The notes under the pieces are model-generated. The model was given only the letters and a program-made list of their open reading frames with translations. It did not search any database and was not told where the DNA came from. From an uncultured virus (IMG/VR IMGVR_UViG_3300025869_000012) (Duplodnaviria > Heunggongvirae > Uroviricota > Caudoviricetes): 64,000 nucleotides of DNA. The translations under genes were made by a program, and so were the position numbers. Below, piece by piece: positions 58,301 through 64,000 of this stretch. Location: the IMG/VR virus record IMGVR_UViG_3300025869_000012; one strand, 5' to 3'. Numbering within the stretch: position 1 is the stretch's first letter; each line of letters begins with the position of its first letter.

Positions 58301-58878
58301 GTATTATCAGTACCACCTTCTATTTCATATGAAACATTTTCACTATCAGCACTATGCCTTAATCTAATTCTACCACCATTATCCATTAAAGCCTTAAGTA
58401 CATTGTACTGGCTATCCCCATCCGCATCTGTAGCAGACATTGCCAGTTTAGTAACACTTAGAACAGCAGCATTATTACCTCTTATTTGACCGGCACCAGG
58501 ATTTGCCATTGAAACATTTGTACTCCAGTTAAATACAGCACCTTCGTTGGTCCCGTCACCTCTAAACAGTATTTGATTTTTTGTTGTAGCAAGAACCGTA
58601 TTAGTACTTGTATTAAACGTTGTTGTAGTATTAAACGTTGTTGTAGTATTTCTGCTAGTAGACGTTGATCTACTTTCCGTCGTGGTTCTATTTGTAGACA
58701 CTGTGGCACTAGTAGCTGTTGATCTAGTTGTAGCTGTTGCTCTAGTTGTGGTAAACGTAGTGGTAGTACTTTTACTTGTAGCTGTTGACCTAGTTGTGTT
58801 AAAAGTTGTGGTTGTATTTGTTGCTGTAAGTCTATCTGTAACTAAAGATGTTTGAAAAGTTGTAGTAGTATTAGGCAT
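55336..58878 (-). CDS. Thr-rich repeat protein B with embedded globular domain
   Basis: TTTTFNTS / STNRA repeats; ATG 58878 (MPNTTTT) overlaps the methyltransferase stop. Confidence 0.85.
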   Translation of the reverse strand: MPNTTTTFQTSLVTDRLTATNTTTTFNTTRSTATSKSTTTTFTTTRATATTRSTATSATVSTNRTTTESRSTSTSRNTTTTFNTTTTFNTSTNTVLATTKNQILFRGDGTNEGAVFNWSTNVSMANPGAGQIRGNNAAVLSVTKLAMSATDADGDSQYNVLKALMDNGGRIRLRHSADSENVSYEIEGGTDNTSWFEFDVNQPVLLPIGSDTLPSASGIFDNGASLDCHAARTDGGGYSTGTTTTFNTSTNTTTTYTTLTTFNTTTIFNTSTITNKLTTRSTATSSSTTTTFNTSTTTQTSRTTTISTNRATTTTFNTSTITNKTTATSRNTSTNRNTTTTFNTTTIFNTSTVTNKSTSRSTATSRTTIMSTSRATNTVFNTSTTTTFNTTKSTATSRSTATSRSTTTTFNTSTTTTISTNRATTTTFNTTTTFNTTTTFATSTTVSTSRSTTTTFGTTTTYSTNRATTTTFNTSTTTTFSTNRATTTTFNTTTTYNTTTTFATSTTVSTNRSTTTTFGTSTTISTNRATTTTFGTSTTYSTNRATTTVFTTSTSRSTTISTNRATTTTYSTNRATTTTFNTSTATSTSRTTTISTNRATTTTYNTSTATNTVFNTSTTTQTSRTTTISTNRATTTTFNTSTSTATSRTTTISTNRATTTTFETTKTTNTVFNTSTTTQTSRTTTISTNRATTTAFNTSTSTVTVFNTSTTTVFNTTTTYSTNQATTTTFNTSTTTTFGTTTTYSTNRATTTTYETTKTTNTVFNTSTATTVTTSTTVSTNVDTTTTFNTSTATVTVFNTSTTTTFITTTTFNTSTATTTTFNTSTTTTFNTTTTVSTNRATTTTFNTSTATVTVFNTSTVTQKATSTVVSTNRATSTTVSTNIDTTTTFNTSTNTITAYTTTYSTNVDTTTTFNTTRGTTTAYNTNTSTTTVFNTSTNTSKATNTVVSTNRTTNTVFNTSTNTITVFNTTTATVTTFNTSTATTTTFNTSTNTITVYSTTYETNIDTTTTFNTSRTTIFITTISTNRNTTTVFNTSTVTEKATSTVVSTNRATTTTYETSKSTSTATGTIRITATVFNTTTATTTTFNTTTATVTVFNTSTLTNRNTTTTYNTSTNTTTVVSTNRATTTTYNTTRATNTVISTNTVFNTTTTFTTGISFYNTTRADYNTDRVDYNSVGT

Positions 58879-59935
58879 TATCTGCACCTCCTTCCCCAAT
58901 AAGTATACCGTTAACAAAGTAATTATAGTTAACGCCTAGCTTACATATTTCGTATATAGTATTATCTGAGTCATCAAAATCTATTTGTGTTATTTCTATT
59001 TCATCACCAGCAACGCCATATAACTTATCACCAACAAGTAGTTGATTTACATTAAAATCTCGCCACGTATTATTTCTTTTTGCTATTATAGGCTGGTTGC
59101 CAGTTGCTTTTAAATTAGAGTTGATAGTGTAAATACCTTTTGCTTTCATTACAAAAACATTTTTATCACCTCTTTGTTTTGTTGATGTTTTACCTGATAC
59201 ATCTGATGTCAATAGTGTGTCGTGTTTAACCGCTTGCCACATAGGAACAGCATCATCACTGTTAACATGAATAGTAGCGTCTTGCCTTACCACGCCATAG
59301 CCTGTTGCTGGCTTTTGATTTGTATACACAGGTAAGTGATATACAGTTCTGTTGAAATATTGATTTGCAGGTGGATTAATATTAACATCGTAAAAATCAA
59401 TATGATCATCTGGCCAATAAAACTTCATCCACGGGTCTGTTGTACCACCGCTCCAGTTCCACCACGATATTCTACTGCCTTGCTTTGCTTTTTGCTTTAC
59501 AAAATACGCAAACTTTGGGTGTAAGTCTGCATCAGCGTATGTGTCCATTAATATAACGTCGTACCTACCCGCTTCTTGCATTAAACTAAACCACCTGTCG
59601 TTTACGGCTCTTACTGTTGGATTACTAGAGGCAAACTCAGCTAGCTTAGGTTGTATTTGTGGATGCGTTTCTGCTATTGTATGTGATGCAGGTTTTCTAG
59701 CCTGCACAGCTGTAGCTAATATACCCATGCCAAAACCACACTCTAGAACATGGTCACCTTCATTAACGCACACCTCTGCCATCTTTTCCATAATAGGCTG
59801 TTCCCAACCCATCATAACCTCCCATGTTTCTTGCGCTGCCGGGTTAAACCAAACAATATCACCATTGTCCCTAACTGTAAGGTCTGCCTCGTGATAATTG
59901 ACTTGTGTATCCGACGGTTTTTCGTATCCTGACAT
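58871..59935 (-). CDS. Class I SAM methyltransferase (RMT2/GAMT-like) fused to degenerate Hint domain
   Basis: VMMGWEQPIM, VLECGFGMGI, HTIAE.HP, YDVILMDTY; C-terminal ATGNQP, LLVGDKL, YNYFVNGIL. Confidence 0.75.
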   Translation of the reverse strand: MSGYEKPSDTQVNYHEADLTVRDNGDIVWFNPAAQETWEVMMGWEQPIMEKMAEVCVNEGDHVLECGFGMGILATAVQARKPASHTIAETHPQIQPKLAEFASSNPTVRAVNDRWFSLMQEAGRYDVILMDTYADADLHPKFAYFVKQKAKQGSRISWWNWSGGTTDPWMKFYWPDDHIDFYDVNINPPANQYFNRTVYHLPVYTNQKPATGYGVVRQDATIHVNSDDAVPMWQAVKHDTLLTSDVSGKTSTKQRGDKNVFVMKAKGIYTINSNLKATGNQPIIAKRNNTWRDFNVNQLLVGDKLYGVAGDEIEITQIDFDDSDNTIYEICKLGVNYNYFVNGILIGEGGADNA

Positions 59936-59940
59936 ATTTT

Positions 59941-59950
59941 TATTATTACA
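59941..59950 (-). promoter_or_regulatory. Candidate late promoter TGTAATAATA
   Basis: Shared motif in a short intergenic gap. Confidence 0.35.
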
Positions 59951-59961
59951 TGTTTATTTTC

Positions 59962-62900
59962 TTAGTTACAACCTCTACTACAGCCACCACCGCCACCACT
60001 TGCTGTGAATGTTGATCTTGATGTGTTGAACGCTGTTACGAATACTGTAGTTGTATTTGTTGCTGTAGATCTTGTTGTATTAAACGTAGTTGTGGTATTA
60101 TACGTGGTTGTTGTACTTCTTGATGTATTGTAAGCTGTAGTTGTGCTAAATGTAGTGGTTGTATTAAACACGGTTGTGGTGTTAAATGTGGTCGTTGTAT
60201 TGTATGTGGTTGTAGTGTTAAATGTTGTTTCAGTAGTTCTATTTGTTGATGTATCTCTATTAGTAGAAACAATTGTCACAAACGCGGTGTAATGAGACTT
60301 GGATCTACCAACGGTTGTCGTAGCGGTAGTAGTACTAGTGTTATATGTTGTACTAGTACTTCTAGATTCTGTTGTATTTCTACTAGTTGCTGTAGCTCTA
60401 TTAGTAGATCTTATATGTGATGAATATGTAGTTGTAAACTGAGTTGTTGTATCAAACGTGGTAGTCGTATTTCTATTTGTACTATATGTGGTAGTGGTAC
60501 CAAACGTTGTAGTGGTACTAGTATTGAAAGTAGTTGTAGTAGCTCTATTGGTTGCCCGTATGTGTGATGCGTATGTAGTTGTGGTATTAAATGTAGTAGT
60601 GGTAGTAAATACAGTATTTGTAGTTCTACTAGTTGCCGTAGATCTATTAGTAGATCTTATAAGCGATGAATATTGCGTTACAAAAGTTGTAGTTGTACTA
60701 AACGTAGTGGTAGTACTAGTATTAAATGTTGTTGTGGTATCTCTATTTGTTGATATAGTAGTACTCTTGCTCGTGTTATATGTGGTTGTTGTGTTAAAAG
60801 TGGTTGTTGTGTTAAAAGTAGTTGTCGTAGCTCTATTTGTACTGATTGTTGTACTAGTACTAGTATTAAATGTAGTAGTTGTTGATCTACTTGTTGCTGT
60901 AGATTTACTTGTAGCTGTACTTCTAGTAGTCTGTGTGTTTGTGCTAGTATTGAATGTGGTTGTAGTTGATTTACTAGTTTGTGTCGTTGTGCTAGTATTA
61001 AACGTAGTTGTCGTGGCTCTATTTGTACTGATTGTTGTACTAGTACTGGTGTTAAACGTGGTGGTCGTTGATCTACTTGTTGCTGTACTTTTGCTTGTAG
61101 CTGTACTTCTAGTGGTCTGTGTATTTGTACTGGTGTTAAAAGTAGTTGTGGTTGACCTACTAGTTTGCGTAGTTGTACTAGTGTTAAACGTAGTGGTAGT
61201 TGATTTACTTGTTTGCGTTGTGGTGCTAGTGTTAAATGTAGTTGTAGTAGCTCTATTAGTACTAGTACTAAACGTAGTTGTTGTAGACGTGTTAAACGTA
61301 GTTGTGGTACTTGTAGAAGTATTAAACGTAGTAGTTGTAGCTCTATTAGTTGAATACGTAGTAGTAGTATTAAACGTTGTCGTAGTAGATGTATTAAAAG
61401 TAGTAGTAGTATTTGTACTTGTATTATACGTTGTAGTCGTATTTCTATTTGTACTATATGTGGTAGTGGTACCAAAAGTTGTAGTGGTACTAGTGTTGAA
61501 AGTAGTTGTGGTAGCTCTATTTGTTGAGTACGTAGTTGTGGTATTGAATGTTGTAGTGGTAGACGTATTAAATGTTGTTGTAGTACTCTTACTCGTATTA
61601 AAAGTGGTAGTTGTATCTACATTAGTAGAATATGTAGTGGTAGTACCAAACGTGGTAGTAGTACTTGTATTAAATACAGTTGTAGTAGATTTACTTGTTT
61701 CATATGTAGTAGTTGTAGCCCTGTTAGTAGATATGGTAGTTGTCCTGTTTGTAGATGTAGACGTACTAGTATTAAATGTAGTGGTAGTTGCCCTATTAGT
61801 ACTTATAGTTGTAGTTCTACTAGTTTGAGTTGTTGTTGAAGTATTAAATGTGGTGGTTGTATTAGTACTTGTGTTATAAGTTGTTGTAGTGTTTCTATTT
61901 GTAGATATAGTTGTACTTCCAGCGGTGGTTGTATTAGTACTTGTATTAAACACAGTATTAGTAGACCTACTAGTTGATACCACCGTATTAGTAGCTCTGT
62001 TAGTTGATATAGTTGTAGTTCTACTTGTAGATGTTGACCTATCAGTTTCGTAAGTAGTGGTGGTTGCTCTATTAGTACTTATTGTAGTTACTCTACTTGT
62101 AGCTGTGGCAGTAGAAGTATTAAATGTAGTTGTGGTTGCTCGGTTAGTAGATACTACAGTATTAGTAGCTATATTAGTTTCGTATGTAGTTGTATATGCT
62201 GTAATCGTATTAGTGCTAGTGTTAAACACTGTAACAGTATCCGTACTAGTATTAAATACAGTATTAGTTGCTCTATTAGTACTAACAACTGTACTTGTTG
62301 ACTTTTGTGTAACCGTACTTGTATTAAACACTGTGTTTGTGGTGGTTGATGTGTTAAACGTTGTGGTAGTGCTTGTTGATGTGTTGTACGTAGTGGTAGT
62401 TGCTCTGTTGGTAGCTATTGTAGTCGTAAATACAGTTGTAGTACTAGTTGATGTGTTGAATGTTGTTGTAGTATCTATATTGGTACTATACTCAGTAGAT
62501 GTTGATCTATTGGTTACAACAACAGTATTGGTAGCTCTATTAGTAGAGTATGTTGTGGTAGTATTTCTATTAGTTGATACCACCGTGCTTGTTGTCTTCT
62601 GTGTTACAGTAGACGTATTGAAAACAGTATTAGTAGTTCTAGTTGTTTCAAATATCGTTGTTCTACTAGTTTCATATGCTGTTTCAAAAACAGTATTAGT
62701 GGTTATGTTAGTAGAGAAAGTCGTAGTAAAGTTTGTTGTAGTATTAGTAGATGTATTAAATGTAGTAGTGGTAGATGTGCTAGTGTTGAAAGTTGTGGTA
62801 AACGTAGTGGTAGTATTGAAAACTGTACTAGTATCTATATTAGTCGAGTATGCAGTATTAGTAGTTCTGTTAGTACTAACTACTGTATTGGTTGATCTGT

Positions 62901-63111
62901 TTGTAGAAAGTGTTGTATTGAAAGCTGTCGTCGTGGATGTTGACGTATTAAAGGTTGTTGTAGTTGATGTAGACGTGTTGAATGTGGTAGTTGTACTTGT
63001 AGATGTGTTGAATGTGGTTGTTGTAGAATACGCTGTCTGCGTCGTACGGTTTGTAGACGTGCTCCTCGAAGTTGAGGTACTTCTCTTAAATATTCTAAAT
63101 AAATCCCACAT
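59962..63111 (-). CDS. Thr-rich repeat protein A (1049 aa)
   Basis: Almost entirely TTTTFNTS / STNRA repeats; ends GGGGGCSRGCN. Confidence 0.85.
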   Translation of the reverse strand: MWDLFRIFKRSTSTSRSTSTNRTTQTAYSTTTTFNTSTSTTTTFNTSTSTTTTFNTSTSTTTAFNTTLSTNRSTNTVVSTNRTTNTAYSTNIDTSTVFNTTTTFTTTFNTSTSTTTTFNTSTNTTTNFTTTFSTNITTNTVFETAYETSRTTIFETTRTTNTVFNTSTVTQKTTSTVVSTNRNTTTTYSTNRATNTVVVTNRSTSTEYSTNIDTTTTFNTSTSTTTVFTTTIATNRATTTTYNTSTSTTTTFNTSTTTNTVFNTSTVTQKSTSTVVSTNRATNTVFNTSTDTVTVFNTSTNTITAYTTTYETNIATNTVVSTNRATTTTFNTSTATATSRVTTISTNRATTTTYETDRSTSTSRTTTISTNRATNTVVSTSRSTNTVFNTSTNTTTAGSTTISTNRNTTTTYNTSTNTTTTFNTSTTTQTSRTTTISTNRATTTTFNTSTSTSTNRTTTISTNRATTTTYETSKSTTTVFNTSTTTTFGTTTTYSTNVDTTTTFNTSKSTTTTFNTSTTTTFNTTTTYSTNRATTTTFNTSTTTTFGTTTTYSTNRNTTTTYNTSTNTTTTFNTSTTTTFNTTTTYSTNRATTTTFNTSTSTTTTFNTSTTTTFSTSTNRATTTTFNTSTTTQTSKSTTTTFNTSTTTQTSRSTTTTFNTSTNTQTTRSTATSKSTATSRSTTTTFNTSTSTTISTNRATTTTFNTSTTTQTSKSTTTTFNTSTNTQTTRSTATSKSTATSRSTTTTFNTSTSTTISTNRATTTTFNTTTTFNTTTTYNTSKSTTISTNRDTTTTFNTSTTTTFSTTTTFVTQYSSLIRSTNRSTATSRTTNTVFTTTTTFNTTTTYASHIRATNRATTTTFNTSTTTTFGTTTTYSTNRNTTTTFDTTTQFTTTYSSHIRSTNRATATSRNTTESRSTSTTYNTSTTTATTTVGRSKSHYTAFVTIVSTNRDTSTNRTTETTFNTTTTYNTTTTFNTTTVFNTTTTFSTTTAYNTSRSTTTTYNTTTTFNTTRSTATNTTTVFVTAFNTSRSTFTASGGGGGCSRGCN

Positions 63112-63119
63112 ATACTACA

Positions 63120-63761
63120 TTATGAAAAATCACCAACAAAATTGACTAATGCTTGAGTTGATGATATCACAACGTATGATATTACTGACGTGTCGTTTGC
63201 TCCTGTAGCAAAATTTACACTAGCACCCGCTGGTGTTAGCATGTTACTTGGTAAAGCTGCCATAGCAAAATCTGCCCCTATACTTGAAGGGTTTTTAAGT
63301 ATTATAACACCAGATTGTCCAACGTTTTCACTGGCTATTGTCATAACTAATGAGTTTGAATTATCTACTAAGTTAACTACAAAGTTATCGTTTGCTGTTA
63401 AATTTATCGTTGATACACCACTACTAGGCGTTACTGTTGTTATTGTTCTTCTTAAATTTTGAGTTACTTTTATACTACCTGTTACATCAAAATCACTACT
63501 TACTGTTCCTGAACCTGTCAGAGCTAATGTGCTACCATCAAATGTTAAATTAGCCTCGCCGTTTAAACTGTCGGCATCAGATGTTGTTATTATCCTATTA
63601 TCAGCGCCATTAGCAATATCTACATTACTATAATTTGCTTTTGTAAAATTACCAAGTTGTGCTAGCGTAAAGTTTTTAGTTGAACCTGATACATCTGTAC
63701 CTATCAACTTATCACCGTCTGTTAAACTTGTGTCTGCTGCTATTCTACTAATTCTAGGCAT
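63120..63761 (-). CDS. Tail fibre/spike-like protein
   Basis: DKLIGTD...TKNFTL, NRIIT...LNGEANLTFDG fibre motifs; ATG 63761 preferred. Confidence 0.6.
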   Translation of the reverse strand: MPRISRIAADTSLTDGDKLIGTDVSGSTKNFTLAQLGNFTKANYSNVDIANGADNRIITTSDADSLNGEANLTFDGSTLALTGSGTVSSDFDVTGSIKVTQNLRRTITTVTPSSGVSTINLTANDNFVVNLVDNSNSLVMTIASENVGQSGVIILKNPSSIGADFAMAALPSNMLTPAGASVNFATGANDTSVISYVVISSTQALVNFVGDFS

Positions 63762-63765
63762 ACTA

Positions 63766-63999
63766 CTATTTTTTATTAAACTTCTCGAAACTTCGACCGC
63801 CAAAATAGGCACCGATTACAGTTATCAATACTAACTGTAGCAAGTCCGTCCATTTTTGTTCTACGTTAAAATTAACTGATCCACTATCCACAAATACCAT
63901 AAGGACAGTTGATACAATAAGGAAAACTAGCACAAGGGGTCTTACCGATCTTGTTAGCCAGTTGCCGTGTTCTAAATCTGCTTTCCATCTTTCTGTTAC
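63766..63999 (-). CDS. Holin of 3TM/GTA-holin type (C-terminal part, truncated by window end)
   Basis: Manual translation RWKAD...WLTRSVRP-TM-...TM-YFGGRSFEK*. Confidence 0.75.
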   Translation of the reverse strand, partial: VTERWKADLEHGNWLTRSVRPLVLVFLIVSTVLMVFVDSGSVNFNVEQKWTDLLQLVLITVIGAYFGGRSFEKFNKK

Positions 64000-64000
64000 G

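Noticed and set aside
58871..59300. Active intein
   Set aside because: Lacks the N-terminal nucleophile, block B His and terminal His-Asn; sits at the C-terminus with almost no C-extein
55452..61475. Leu/Gln-rich alternative-frame ORFs on the - strand
   Set aside because: Frame-shifted readings of the same repeats; no independent evidence
55580..63145. Long Val-rich + strand ORFs (e.g. 56192..57394, 60458..61828, 62057..63145)
   Set aside because: Antisense shadows of Thr (ACN) codon runs; the - strand frames are longer, continuous and in operon context
1..64000. Stop-codon reassignment as in some crAss-like phages
   Set aside because: Large genes are intact and densely packed under the standard code; TAA, TAG and TGA are all used as stops

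Overview
AT-rich window from a tailed dsDNA bacteriophage, most likely a podovirus of a Bacteroidota (Flavobacteria-like) host. This is inferred from the crAss/Cellulophaga-phage-like sizes and order of terminase, portal, scaffold, capsid, ring and muzzle genes, and from AT-rich leaders without Shine-Dalgarno motifs. There are two convergent arms meeting near 21.5 kb. The + arm (1-21.5 kb) holds small early genes behind five copies of a conserved 30-bp promoter-like motif, two tRNA-like T-loop elements, ligase, sigma factor, ERF/RecE/SSB, primase-helicase, a cytosine-type thymidylate-synthase-family enzyme with MazG-like genes, NrdAB, and a tailoring cluster (JmjC, radical SAM-SPASM, SDR, cupin, KdsB, KdsA, GT8/CDI-like, GT29-like). 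The - arm (21.5-64 kb) holds small basic proteins, lysis genes, a 2894-aa polyvalent protein, tail and head genes, terminase and GroES-like. It ends in an unusual cassette: two >1000-aa Thr-rich repeat proteins with mirror-ordered motifs, flanking an RMT2/GAMT-like methyltransferase fused to a degenerate Hint domain, followed by a KpsS-like CMP-sugar transferase. Best candidate for a new system: phage-encoded CMP-Kdo glycosylation and methylation of mucin-like virion fibres. All family calls come from motif recognition by eye; no database searches were run.
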